DNA of 64,000 nucleotides from Thermodesulfobacteriota bacterium (GTDB lineage Bacteria > Desulfobacterota_D > UBA1144 > Nemesobacterales > UBA2774): NCBI GenBank assembly GCA_963422265.1, contig OY729416.1, positions 277,681 through 341,680 of the forward strand, in the 5' to 3' direction. Positions within the stretch are counted from its first letter, which is position 1; each line of letters starts with the position of its first letter. The notes under the pieces were generated by a model, which ran no database searches, was not told the origin of the DNA, and saw only the letters and a program-made list of their open reading frames with translations. Made by a program: the position numbers and the translations under genes. Shown here in pieces: positions 1-9,519 of this stretch.

Positions 1-120
1 TTCTTTCTGTACCATCTATACTAGTGATTGTAACTGACTGAAGCCTGCCAAACAATTTCTGTTTTGCTATTCATAACAAGAAGCAAATGTTTCGCAGGAT
101 AGCCTTTCAAGGTAAACCTA

Positions 121-149
121 AGCGCCTCCCAGCGGGGCGCTTTTTTTTT
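121..149 (+). terminator. Intrinsic terminator hairpin (GCGCC/GGCGC stem) followed by T9. Possibly bidirectional; it lies just past the 3' end of hisS.
   Basis: Read directly: agcgcctcccagcggggcgc then ttttttttt. Confidence 0.5.
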
Positions 150-294
150 ATAATGTGGTGGTTTTGCCCTTTGAAAATGGTGAGGTGGCGCTATTTAGCT
201 AGAAACGGTGAGAGGGGGGGTGTAGACAGGGTAGGGATGTATAAAGGTAGCCGTCATCCTTTTCCTATGGAATAAGTACCCGTAGCAAACCAGG

Positions 295-1557
295 TCAACT
301 TTTATACTTAACAGCCGACTTACAAATTTCCTCAATATCAACCTCTTCTTCAGAGCTTTTTCTCATATCTCGGACGGTTAGCTTGCCACGACTGAGTTCG
401 TCTTCTCCTATAATAAAAGCGTATTTAGCCCCTGATTTATCTGCTCGCCTAAGCTGGCTTTTGAGGCTTTTAGCGCCATAATCCATTTCTGTATGAACCC
501 CAATTCGCCTAAGTTCGTATGCCAATGAGAAGGATTTCTTCAGCGCTTCTTTGCCTAAGTGCGCGATGAATAAGTCAACCTCTTTTTCAAATCCGCTGGG
601 GGCGGTGAGCTTATGAAGGAGAATTATTCTATCAATACCCATAGCGAAGCCGACGGCTGGGGTCTTCGGTCCACCAAGCTCCTTTACAAGTCCGTCGTAT
701 CTTCCACCTGCGGCTACTGCGTTTTGCGCGCCTAGTCTATCCGTTGTGATCTCAAAAACCGTTCTATTGTAATAATCAAGACCCCTTACTATTCTGGGGT
801 TAATAGTGAATTGAACGCCTACCACGTTTAAGTTCTCCTTAACTGCTTCAAAGTGGTTTTTACATTCATCGCAAAGATTCTCTAGCATTGAAGGGGAATT
901 CCTAGCCATTGCCTCGCAACTGGGGTTTTTGCAGTCAAGTATTCTTAATGGGTTCGTCTTGAGCCTTCTTTGGCAGTCTTCGCATAAATCCCCTTTCAGT
1001 GGCGTGAAGTATTCTATTATCTTCTCTTTATGGCGGGGTTTGCAATTCTCATCTCCTAAAGAATTCAACTCAAGCGTAACGTATTGAGAGAGCCCTGTCG
1101 CTTCAAAAAAGCTCATTAGCATTGTGATTATCTCGGCGTCAGCGGTGGGATAGATTGATCCGAAAAGCTCAGCACCTATCTGATAGAATCCACGATACCG
1201 TCCCTTCTGGGGGCGTTCGTGCCTGAACATCATGCCTGAGTAGTAGAGCTTGGTTATGGACGACTTGGCGTGCATAGAGTGCTCTACGTAAGCTCTTACT
1301 ACTCCAGCGGTGCCTTCTGGGCGGAGGGTTATGGATGAATTGTCCCTGTCTGTAAAAGTGTACATCTCCTTTTCCACGACGTCGGTTGAGGTGCCTAGGC
1401 TTCGGACGAAAACTTCAGTAAACTCAACTATGGGAATCCTTATTTCAGAAAATCCGTAAGGTTCAAATGTAGCCTTTGCCTTTTCCTCTACATAGCACCA
1501 TCTAGTGGTATCCTCAGGCAGTATGTCGTTGAACCCTCTGATTGATTTTGCTTTCAT
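295..1557 (-). CDS. hisS: Histidine--tRNA ligase (class II aaRS)
   Basis: 420-aa ORF. N-terminus MKAKSIRGFNDILPED..W and class II HisRS motifs throughout (RPEGT, GGRYD, FAMGIDR). Confidence 0.93.
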   Translation of the reverse strand: MKAKSIRGFNDILPEDTTRWCYVEEKAKATFEPYGFSEIRIPIVEFTEVFVRSLGTSTDVVEKEMYTFTDRDNSSITLRPEGTAGVVRAYVEHSMHAKSSITKLYYSGMMFRHERPQKGRYRGFYQIGAELFGSIYPTADAEIITMLMSFFEATGLSQYVTLELNSLGDENCKPRHKEKIIEYFTPLKGDLCEDCQRRLKTNPLRILDCKNPSCEAMARNSPSMLENLCDECKNHFEAVKENLNVVGVQFTINPRIVRGLDYYNRTVFEITTDRLGAQNAVAAGGRYDGLVKELGGPKTPAVGFAMGIDRIILLHKLTAPSGFEKEVDLFIAHLGKEALKKSFSLAYELRRIGVHTEMDYGAKSLKSQLRRADKSGAKYAFIIGEDELSRGKLTVRDMRKSSEEEVDIEEICKSAVKYKS

Positions 1558-1804
1558 AAAGTTTGCTCGCTTATCGTAAATTCAATATGTTTGCTTGTGG
1601 AAGGCTGGAGTCTTGAAAACTCCACATGGATAAACACTTATCATATCTTACAATATAGCCGATTTCTATTCTACGGGAGAGTTTAGAGTGTGTGGTCGCC
1701 GCTCTATAAGGTTGCTTTGCCGTCGCGGAGTCTTTACTTTAGCATAATCCACGTGTATTTTGTCTCACCTTAAATTCCTCCTGATTTTACTTAGCGCTTC
1801 TATT

Positions 1805-3331
1805 ATGAAAAGAGAAATAATCAAGAGAGTTTTAACTCTGAGCCTAGTTCTATTGCTCCTGACGGCTTTCACTAAGCAGTCATTTGGTGATGACAAACTG
1901 GAGTTTCAGGATGTACCCATACAAATTGATGGAGATGGTATTCATAGTCGAAATGGGCAGACGTTTCTTGATGATGACAATAGCCGGAGATGGAACGGTG
2001 CCCCTGGTCTAGGAGTGAAGGAGTTTGCTAGAGATACCGGAATAGCCTACGCCTCGGTATGGACGGCGAGGTGGTTCTACGTGAGAAACAAGAACAGTAG
2101 AATGTTTGATACCTCTCTTTCCGACTGGTGGAATAATATCTCACAGTTGCCAGAGGAGGATGACGGCGATGAGTTTTTCACAAACTTCATAGTTCATCCA
2201 GTTGTAGGTTCTCAATACTACCTTTACTACCGTGCTATGGGTCATAGTTTTTGGGCATCGGCATTAGGGTCGTTCATTCAGAGCACGCTATTTGAATATA
2301 CAGTTGAGGGTCTTGTGGAGACCCCGTCTCTTCCTGACCTGGTCATTACCCCTCTTTTAGGGGTTCCACTAGGTTTCGGATTAGAAGAGACGTCTGACTT
2401 TCTTATAGAAACCGATTTTGTTCCTGCCAAAGTCCTCGCGCACGTGCTAAACCCTATGAGAAATTTAATCCATGACAGGCAGATAGGGGTTTATAACCCT
2501 TTTACAAAACAATTTATGTCCGTAGGGGGTCCCCTTACCTTTAACGCGAGTAGCGACGAATCTATAAAGCTCGCTTATCCGTTTTTTATTGAGTCTCCAC
2601 TTCCTATTGGGAGGTTTATGACGAGTATTGAATTTGTAAGTTTAGAGAAAAATCTGGGTGGCGAGTTTATCTTCTACTCTGCGAGGGTTGACATTCCATC
2701 AAGAAATGATATCTGGGAAGTTTACGTGCAGATTGCTCAGTCGGGCGTTAACGAGGTGGTCGTAAATGGAACCGATGTGAGTGATGGATTTGAGTTTGCC
2801 AATCTGTTAGTCGGCGGAAAACACCTGCTTTTCAGGTCTAGTAATTCTGCACTTTCTGCTGGACTCGATTTGCACCTCCCTACATCGTATAAAGATAATG
2901 TTAAGAGGCTTAGAACTTTGTTGCTTTATAGAAAACATTTTCCTATGAACCTTCAGAGAGCCTGGACGGTTACGCCTTATCTAACGGGCGCATACTGGCA
3001 AGGAGTTTTTAGCATTCAGGCAATGGCTGGAACCGATTGGGTATTGAACGCTGGCAGGCTAGAGGGGAACAGCGTTGAGTTCATGCTGAACTACGCTGCA
3101 TCCTTGGGGGCAAATATACCGACAACAATCTCCCCTGTCCTATTTGCGGAATTTAATGGTTACTCACTATTAACGGCTGATAATTATGAGAAGACGGACT
3201 TATTTGCGTCAACGGGAGTCAGGTTTGGTAGAAAGTTTAGTCCAGGTTTTGCAATGCAGTTCCCTCTCAGCGGTAGTGGTAAAGACGTGGCTAAATTGAG
3301 TTTCTTAATTGATTTTCAGGTTAGGCTTTAA
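1805..3331 (+). CDS. Secreted hypothetical protein of about 508 aa, possibly DUF3943-like. Start assigned to the internal MKREII Met, which is followed by a signal peptide.
   Basis: Long ORF transcribed divergently from hisS. Signal peptide LTLSLVLLLLTAFTKQSFG. The HPVVGSQYY..WAS..GS..EYT.E motif recalls DUF3943 from memory only. Confidence 0.6.
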   Translation: MKREIIKRVLTLSLVLLLLTAFTKQSFGDDKLEFQDVPIQIDGDGIHSRNGQTFLDDDNSRRWNGAPGLGVKEFARDTGIAYASVWTARWFYVRNKNSRMFDTSLSDWWNNISQLPEEDDGDEFFTNFIVHPVVGSQYYLYYRAMGHSFWASALGSFIQSTLFEYTVEGLVETPSLPDLVITPLLGVPLGFGLEETSDFLIETDFVPAKVLAHVLNPMRNLIHDRQIGVYNPFTKQFMSVGGPLTFNASSDESIKLAYPFFIESPLPIGRFMTSIEFVSLEKNLGGEFIFYSARVDIPSRNDIWEVYVQIAQSGVNEVVVNGTDVSDGFEFANLLVGGKHLLFRSSNSALSAGLDLHLPTSYKDNVKRLRTLLLYRKHFPMNLQRAWTVTPYLTGAYWQGVFSIQAMAGTDWVLNAGRLEGNSVEFMLNYAASLGANIPTTISPVLFAEFNGYSLLTADNYEKTDLFASTGVRFGRKFSPGFAMQFPLSGSGKDVAKLSFLIDFQVRL

Positions 3332-3357
3332 GCTTCTCGCGTTTTAATATGACAAAA

Positions 3358-3657
3358 TCACTTCTTCAAGCCTTTCTTGAGATTCTTCTCAAATTCGTCA
3401 ATGGGTATTGCAGCGAGGGTTGTCAGATGAACAGTTCCCCTGGCGCCTAGCTCGGTGGATACCTTTGTAATAGTTTCATTATCTGGGGCTTCCACTATGT
3501 TTATGAAGTCGTAGGGTCCAAGAACGGCGTATTGGGTTATTACCTTTACTCCCATTTTCTCCATTTCTTTGTTGACTTCAACAATCCTCTCGGGTCTCAT
3601 CTTAACCGTTTTTCTTCCTTCATCCGTTAGCACGCTCATCATTATATAAATTCCCAT
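3358..3657 (-). CDS. GYD domain-containing protein
   Basis: 99 aa. MGIYIMMSVLTDEG...GPYDFINIVEAPD pattern is typical of the GYD family. Confidence 0.65.
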   Translation of the reverse strand: MGIYIMMSVLTDEGRKTVKMRPERIVEVNKEMEKMGVKVITQYAVLGPYDFINIVEAPDNETITKVSTELGARGTVHLTTLAAIPIDEFEKNLKKGLKK

Positions 3658-3731
3658 GAGGTTCCTCCCGGTGTTTTAATAGAGAAGGTATAGTTTTTTG
3701 AATTAAGCATACTTTTATAGTCCCGACTTGC

Positions 3732-4031
3732 TCATTTAGTCTGAAGGGTAGCGTATTCTTCCACGTCGGCAGCGTATTTATCCTTTTCCCTCTGGCATCT
3801 GGATTCATCTCCTGAGTTGTCTGTTAAGCAATTATCTAGTTCTCTTCTTGATTTCTGAACTGCCTGTCTCGCCTCGTTAAGGGATAGCTTTTTTCTTGAT
3901 ACCCCTATAGGATTTTCGATTCCAACGTCCTTTCCACTTTCAATGAATTCTTTTCCCGTTCTGCTTATTGTGCTGCACCCTACAACGGGATAAGCCATCA
4001 GCAGAGTGGCTAGGATTAATAGACACCGCAT
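3732..4031 (-). CDS. Small lipoprotein; lipobox VVGC after a signal peptide
   Basis: MRCLLILATLLMAYPVVGCST at the internal Met. Charged Lys/Glu-rich mature region. Confidence 0.5.
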   Translation of the reverse strand: MRCLLILATLLMAYPVVGCSTISRTGKEFIESGKDVGIENPIGVSRKKLSLNEARQAVQKSRRELDNCLTDNSGDESRCQREKDKYAADVEEYATLQTK

Positions 4032-4161
4032 TAGATACACCCTCCTAGTTAATTTAGGCATGTTACCCATGGGTTAAGAAATAACGATAATTATCATACC
4101 TAAACGATTGGAAAGCTAAACACAAAAAGAGGGATTGACTCTACAACTTTTTATAAATTTC

Positions 4162-4190
4162 TTGACTAGAAAACGACGGTTGCTTATAGT
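4162..4190 (+). promoter_or_regulatory. Sigma70-type promoter TTGACT-17nt-TATAGT upstream of the small RHH gene
   Basis: ttgact at 4162-4167 and tatagt at 4185-4190 with an exact 17-nt spacer, read directly. Confidence 0.45.
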
Positions 4191-4267
4191 TGGAACTGAG
4201 AGTCAAGTATTATTATAATATTTATTTAGGTATAGGACAATTTGGGTTTTCCTAAGGAGATTAGAGA

Positions 4268-4474
4268 ATGCCTGACTATTCAATATATCTACCAGAGAAA
4301 ATAAATGATCGTCTTGCGGCAATTGCTGACCAAGAACAGATCAGTAAATCGGATGCGCTAGCGAGGGCTTTCGCATTGCTTGACATTGTATATGAGGCAA
4401 AACGAGGAGGCCACGTCATTGTCAAAATTGTAAACGATAATGATGATGTAATTTCACGTATAACTGATATATAA
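4268..4474 (+). CDS. Small ribbon-helix-helix (CopG/Arc-like) DNA-binding protein, 68 aa
   Basis: YSIYLPEKINDRLAAIADQEQISKSDALARAFALL fits a beta-strand plus two helices as in RHH proteins. SD-like ggaga lies upstream. The stop overlaps the next start (ATAATG). Confidence 0.45.
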   Translation: MPDYSIYLPEKINDRLAAIADQEQISKSDALARAFALLDIVYEAKRGGHVIVKIVNDNDDVISRITDI

Positions 4475-4617
4475 TGAAGCAGATAACAGAATCTGATAAA
4501 CGTATCCGTGATTATTATAGCGATATTGACGAATCAATTGCCCTAGATAATGAAGCTAAAAGACAAAAACAAAGTTTACGCAAGGACTGGACTACGCAAG
4601 TTGGGCAAAATGGGTAG
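4474..4617 (+). CDS. Translationally coupled 47-aa ORF (MKQITESDKRIRDYYSDIDE...). A 2-TM peptide is readable in a neighbouring frame at about 4620-4790.
   Basis: ATG overlaps the stop of the RHH gene. No homology recognised. Below the size threshold of the ORF track. Confidence 0.25.
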   Translation: MKQITESDKRIRDYYSDIDESIALDNEAKRQKQSLRKDWTTQVGQNG

Positions 4618-4924
4618 TTACCTTGTGGCTGATATTTATAGCGGTATATCTTGTAGTTATCACTGCATTGAAATTCTGTTATTCCGATAAAACAGTTGTT
4701 TCTGACAAGGTTTTAATGACGCTTTTAGCAACGACCACCGTCAATGTCATTGCACTGACCTTGGTTATTATAAAAGGACTTTTTAAGTCATAGACTAAAG
4801 CTTTTCATATTGCAATACGTCAACACCGCTAAACAACTTCTCCCCTTAAACCCCGATTAAACCAAATTTAACGACGCCATATTCATCATTCAAGAGAACC
4901 TAAATTACAACGACAAATTTCTCC

Positions 4925-5100
4925 CCATTCCTCAGTCTGGCTAGGGACATGCTTTCCACGTTAAAGAAAAGTGATAAAATGTATAGAAAAGTAAGGAGAA
5001 ATGACAGAAAAGTGCCGAAAACGTGCTGGAAAAGTGATAGAAAAGAGATGGCAAATGAAAGAGAATGGCTAGTTTTAGCAGTTTTCAACGTAACGCACTG
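4925..5100. repeat. About 170-bp dispersed repeat element, copy A, containing 5 GAAAAG(TG) iterons spaced 11-22 bp apart
   Basis: Aligns at about 75-80% identity, with indels, to the reverse complement of 45745-45925 (ccacgttaaagaaaag...atgaaagagaat(g/a)gctagtt). Confidence 0.65.
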
Positions 5101-5214
5101 TTAGTAGTGTCTCCCAATATTAGGAGGGCACCTCGCTTCATCTCACTGACGTAATAAGCAGATTTCAAGTAGCTAGCTCAATCTTTGGAACTAGTCAGGA
5201 TAGGCCTTAAAGCC

Positions 5215-5260
5215 GGGGAGGAGACGCTTTCCCCTCCCAGTTCTACTTTGTTTTTCTCGT
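5215..5260 (+). terminator. Weak hairpin gggagg/cctccc followed by a T-rich run
   Basis: ccggggaggagacgctttcccctcccagttctactttgtttttctc. Confidence 0.3.
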
Positions 5261-5272
5261 ATCTTAAAGGGC

Positions 5273-5707
5273 TTAGTTTACCTTAAAAAGGTCTAGGTAA
5301 TCACCGAAAAGACCAAAAGTTTTTTCAACGTTCCCATGGGTGACTGTATGAGCGTCTTTGGTCAATTTTTCAGATATGCTCCGCGTAGATTTGATTTGCT
5401 CTTTTTGGATGTCGATATATTTATTGAATTGACCCGCTACTTTTTTTGTGTTTCCATTTGCGAGTGGAATGTCTTTATAGAACTCGCTTACATTAGTTAC
5501 ACACTCCTTTTCGAGGTCAAACATCTTATCTACTTGTGTATTAAAGACCTTCATCCCCTGTTCTAAAATAGAGAAAGAAAAGTCCACGCCATTTAAGTAA
5601 TTTTCTTTAATTACACCTGAAAATTTCTTTGCAGGCTCTGTATATTCTTGATGTTCCTTACCTTTGGATGTGCTTTTTACCGCTGGGGTCGTTGTTGCTG
5701 CAGACAT
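5273..5707 (-). CDS. Hypothetical protein, possibly phasin-like. Start assigned to the Met preceded by a strong RBS (aggagga).
   Basis: ORF with gacaggaggaaattaaaATG. Lys/Glu-rich, predicted helical. The phasin resemblance is from memory only. Confidence 0.5.
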   Translation of the reverse strand: MSAATTTPAVKSTSKGKEHQEYTEPAKKFSGVIKENYLNGVDFSFSILEQGMKVFNTQVDKMFDLEKECVTNVSEFYKDIPLANGNTKKVAGQFNKYIDIQKEQIKSTRSISEKLTKDAHTVTHGNVEKTFGLFGDYLDLFKVN

Positions 5708-5929
5708 TTTAATTTCCTCCTGTCTAATTTTTTCTTGCTCATAATATAAACTTCTTTGAGGTATTGTCAAGGGTTTTTGTTCGCATCTGCACAATTCAAT
5801 TGTATAATAATTTAAGTAAGTTATGAGATTTTATCAATTTTTCTAAATGCGTATGCTGATTAAAGGGATATCGGCTATAGAAATCCTTGATAAACATTCC
5901 GACTATATATTCACTCAACCGTAACTAGA

Positions 5930-6600
5930 AGATTAGAATCTGAAACAAGTTTAGAATGATGTAAGAGCTCAAATAGATATGAGACTGTGTGTGGTAGATG
6001 TCCTGCTGAGTGGTCAGTGAGTTATCCTGAGTTTGCTGAAGCGAGCGCAACCGACAAATCCCATCCTTTTCCTCTCTCCCTCTAGGAGAGGGTTGGGGTG
6101 AGGGTGCTTTTCCGTCATTCTCGCCTCCGCCTGTCCCCGCAGTCTTTTGAGCGGGGAACTGGGAATCCAGGAATGGTTCGGCAGGCTCACCAACCAGGGG
6201 GACGGGGAACGTGAACTCCTTCCTCACATAATCCCCCTTTAGAGAAAAGGGGGATACAGGGGGATTTGTTCCTTATCCTTTTAATCATGGCTCATCATTT
6301 AATCCCAAGAATCACAGTTCAGACATCTCTCCCCATCTAGATTCCTGCTTTCGCAGGAATGACAACTGCCACGCATCACTCCATCTTTTCTCCCTCTCCC
6401 TCTGGGAAAGAGCAGGGGTGAGGGTATTTTCGTCATTCCCGCCTCCGAGCGGGAATCCAGGAAGAGGGTTGGGGACATGCGTGGTTACCCTTGCCTTTGT
6501 CTTAGGGGGACTACCCTTCAAAAGGTTCAGGGCGTCGCTAGGGCTGTCCCTACAGGTAAAAAGAAAATCCATACTAACCCTCCTTTAGGAAAGGAGAGAA
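5930..6600. repeat. Mosaic of REP/NIME-like palindromic repeats
   Basis: About 80-bp direct repeats at ~6067-6140 and ~6386-6465. Palindromes gtcattcccgcctccgagcgggaatccagg, attcctgctttcgcaggaatgac, ccctctaggagaggg and cccccttttagagaaaaggggg. ORFs 5925..6227 and 6312..6572 lie inside the repeats. Confidence 0.55.
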
Positions 6601-6693
6601 AAAGCTAAAAAAGGTCGGAGAGTAGAAGAAGGGGGATCCTACTCCACGTTTCCATAAGTATGTCGGCAAATGACCCTCCAATCTAGCCAATTA

Positions 6694-8100
6694 TTAGCTT
6701 TTTATTCCGGGCTCGGTCATTGACCATGGGTCAAGGAGTTCATTTAATTTTGAAGCGGGTAGGACGTTTTTCTCAAGAGCGACTTCTCTTACGGTCTTTC
6801 CCGTAGCATAGGCTTCCTTGGCGATCTTCGCCGCGTTGTCGTAACCGATAACTGGGGCGAGGCTCGTGCACATAGCTAGGCTTTTCTCAATCATTTCCTC
6901 ACAGCGCTTTTTATCCGCTTTTATCCCTTTTATACATTTGTCCGCGAATACGTCAGAAGCCCTTGCTAGAAGCCCAATTGACTGGAGGAGGTTATGACCT
7001 TTGACGGGCATCATTACGTTCAGCTCAAAGTTTCCGAATTGTCCGCCAATTGTAATAGTAAGATCGTTTCCCATGACTTGCGCCGCCACTTGGCACACAG
7101 CTTCTGGAATAACGGGATTTACTTTGCCGGGCATAATAGATGATCCGGGCTGAACGGGGGGTATGTGTATTTCTCCTATACCGCAGCGCGGGCCACTGCC
7201 GAGCCATCTTATATCGTTAGCTATTTTCATTAGGCTCACGGCAAGAGTTTTAAGAGCACCGCTCGCTTCAACTACTGCGTCCTTGGATCCTTGCGCTTCA
7301 AAGTGATTGTCTGCTTCTCTGAGTTTAGCCCTTGTCATCTTACTCAATCGTCTGGCTACTAGCTTTGCAAATCTCGGATGGGTGTTTATACCAGTTCCCA
7401 CTGCGGTTCCGCCGATAGCAAGCTCGCATAGCTCTTCTTTTACGCGCTGCACCCTTCCTGCTCCGTGATCAATCATGCTTGCGTAACCACCAAATTCCTG
7501 ACCTAGCCTTATAGGCGTCGCGTCTTGCAAGTGAGTGCGTCCAATTTTTACTATTTTATCGAACTGGCGCGCTTTTGAGGCAAGGGCTTTTTGCAATTTC
7601 TTAAGCGATGGTATTAGGTGCTTATCTATTGCTAGGATGGCTGATACGTGTATGGCAGTTGGATAAACGTCGTTACTTGATTGTCCCATGTTGACGTGGT
7701 CATTCGGGTGCACGCTAGATTTATCACCTCTTTTAGCTCCAAGTATTTCGTTAGCCCTGTTTGCAATTACTTCATTCGTATTCATGTTTGTCGACGTGCC
7801 TGAGCCCGTCTGAAATACGTCAAGAACAAAGTGACCGTCAAGGTTTCCATCTACTACCTCCTGAGAGGCTTTTACAATTGCCTTGCCGAGTTTTTCGTTC
7901 AGTAGTCCGAGTTCCATATTAGACTCAGCCGCTGACTGTTTAATCATTCCCAAAGCCTTCACTAAGAGGCTATGCTTACGGATTCCACTTATAGGAAAAT
8001 TTTCTATCGCCCTGGCCGTTTGGGCTCCATAGTAAGCGTCAGCAGGGACAGTCATTTCCCCCATTGAATCGCTTTCAACTCTAAAATCTTTGCCGTCCAT
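6694..8100 (-). CDS. fumC: Class II fumarate hydratase / aspartate ammonia-lyase family enzyme (fumarase-like)
   Basis: GSSIMPGKVNP signature; KIGRTHLQDATP; IANDIRWLGSGPRCGIGEI. Start set at the ATG 13 nt after a gaggtg RBS. The PADAYYG N-terminus is aspartase-like, so assignment within the family is uncertain. Confidence 0.85.
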   Translation of the reverse strand: MDGKDFRVESDSMGEMTVPADAYYGAQTARAIENFPISGIRKHSLLVKALGMIKQSAAESNMELGLLNEKLGKAIVKASQEVVDGNLDGHFVLDVFQTGSGTSTNMNTNEVIANRANEILGAKRGDKSSVHPNDHVNMGQSSNDVYPTAIHVSAILAIDKHLIPSLKKLQKALASKARQFDKIVKIGRTHLQDATPIRLGQEFGGYASMIDHGAGRVQRVKEELCELAIGGTAVGTGINTHPRFAKLVARRLSKMTRAKLREADNHFEAQGSKDAVVEASGALKTLAVSLMKIANDIRWLGSGPRCGIGEIHIPPVQPGSSIMPGKVNPVIPEAVCQVAAQVMGNDLTITIGGQFGNFELNVMMPVKGHNLLQSIGLLARASDVFADKCIKGIKADKKRCEEMIEKSLAMCTSLAPVIGYDNAAKIAKEAYATGKTVREVALEKNVLPASKLNELLDPWSMTEPGIKS

Positions 8101-8578
8101 AATTGTGTTACACCTCGCTTGCAATTGAATTTAGAAGTTTTAATTATGCCACAGGGAAGATTTTTTTCTATTTTGTGCTAATATATAATAGCTGTCCAAG
8201 AGTATTGGTTTCTCCAGACCTTAAAGTCTTATAAGAGGATCATTTTAATGGTTGTTGGCGCTGCGGCAGGGACCTTCCCGTTCGGGTGGATAAGGGGTTT
8301 TAGGGAGGACAATTGGCAAATTATCTGGGATCCTAGCAGTAAAGCAGTTTTTGCAAAAGCTGCTGTCTCAAAAGAGGTTGTTCCATTGGGCGAGTGCTCG
8401 ACTTGGCAAGAGGCAAAGGTTTTTGCCGATTCTGCCATAGATGATATTAACGTATTAATAAAAGCTATTTAATCTCCTTGTTGTAGCTTTGAAATCTGTC
8501 GCGGCTTGCCTTTGAGTCTTATGCTTCTCTTTGTAGTTCAATTGTAAAATTTCTATATCAAGTTAGCTTTATCTGCTC

Positions 8579-9511
8579 GTGATGCCTAACCTGAGTCAGG
8601 ATGTAACTATGAGTTACATGGAGCAGGAATTAGTATCTATTTCGTTCGGGAAAAGCAAGATAGACGGGCTTTATTATAATAGCACTGTTGGATGTGGTGA
8701 AGCGCCCAAGAGTAGAACTATCGTAATTCACGTCCATGGATTTTTGGGCAATTTTCTTGACGGTAGCCAACGTTTTCTTCCCCCTATTCTTGCAGGAAGC
8801 GGTTACTCTTCACTCGCGGTTAATACGCGTATGGCCAACTTCGGTCTCTTTTTTGGATACGGCATCTTGAACGATACGATTCCCCAAATGGACCGCGTGA
8901 TGGAATACGCTTATGAGCTAGGATACGAGAATATAGTATTATCAGGCTACAGTCTCGGCTCGAGCATCGTCTTGAGGTACGCTTCTTTGAGAAATGATCT
9001 GAGAAAAAATTCGCGCTTAAAAGGGGTGGTAACTTTAGCCTCCCCCTACTCTATGCCTGATTCCATACGCAGAAGATGGGACTATTTTCAGAGTGAGCCT
9101 AGCTATGAAGAGGTTTATGAAGAAGCTAAGGAGATCATAAAACCCGGCAAAGAGGGGACTGGGCAGGATCGGACGGTTCTCATACACAAAGCGCGGGGCA
9201 ATTCTTATCGCCCTGAGCATACGGAGATATATACGTATAGGACGTGGTGGCACCTTGCTGGTCCAGAGGCAAAGTATGCGATGGGTTATAAGAAGATCGG
9301 CAAGATAAATGTTCCTATTCTTCTGATTCAGGGTTGGCATGACGAAGTAGTTAAACCCGAAGAAGCGCATGGTTTGGCACAGATTGCAATCAAAGCAGGC
9401 AACCAAGACGTCTCGGCAATTTACGTTAACGCTGGGCACGCCTTTAAGGGAAAAGAGGAAGAGCTTGGGGATATCATTGCAGGGTGGCTCGATAGAAGGT
9501 TCAAGGGCTAA
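8579..9511 (+). CDS. Alpha/beta hydrolase (GYSLG nucleophile elbow)
   Basis: HGFLGNF...GYSLGSS...GWHDEVV pattern of HGG / GxSxG / acid-His. Confidence 0.75.
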   Translation: MMPNLSQDVTMSYMEQELVSISFGKSKIDGLYYNSTVGCGEAPKSRTIVIHVHGFLGNFLDGSQRFLPPILAGSGYSSLAVNTRMANFGLFFGYGILNDTIPQMDRVMEYAYELGYENIVLSGYSLGSSIVLRYASLRNDLRKNSRLKGVVTLASPYSMPDSIRRRWDYFQSEPSYEEVYEEAKEIIKPGKEGTGQDRTVLIHKARGNSYRPEHTEIYTYRTWWHLAGPEAKYAMGYKKIGKINVPILLIQGWHDEVVKPEEAHGLAQIAIKAGNQDVSAIYVNAGHAFKGKEEELGDIIAGWLDRRFKG

Positions 9512-9519
9512 AGACGTAA

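Noticed and set aside
87-275. 62-aa ORF on the plus strand
   Set aside because: Overlaps the terminator hairpin at 121-149 and the hisS 3' flank. No RBS.
4900-5088. 62-aa ORF on the minus strand
   Set aside because: Lies inside the 170-bp iteron repeat element. Hydrophobic junk translation.
5990-6500. Neisseria origin suggested by dRS3-like ATTCCC..GGGAAT palindromes
   Set aside because: No DNA uptake sequence (GCCGTCTGAA) anywhere in the window. The palindrome spacer is 10 nt, not 8. The gene content (NuoF/NuoM orphans, DUF763, CstA, GYD) does not look neisserial.
5925-6572. ORFs 5925..6227 and 6312..6572 on the minus strand
   Set aside because: They lie entirely within palindromic repeat units. 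Low-complexity Pro/Gly/Arg-rich translations. No RBS.
7025-7207. 60-aa minus-strand ORF inside fumC; similar internal or antisense ORFs inside the hydrolases, infB, pnp and the RND pump
   Set aside because: Alternative-frame ORFs nested within well-supported longer genes.
8229-8472. Two mutually overlapping small ORFs in the fumC-hydrolase intergenic region
   Set aside because: Opposite-strand overlap in a divergent promoter region with no coding signal.
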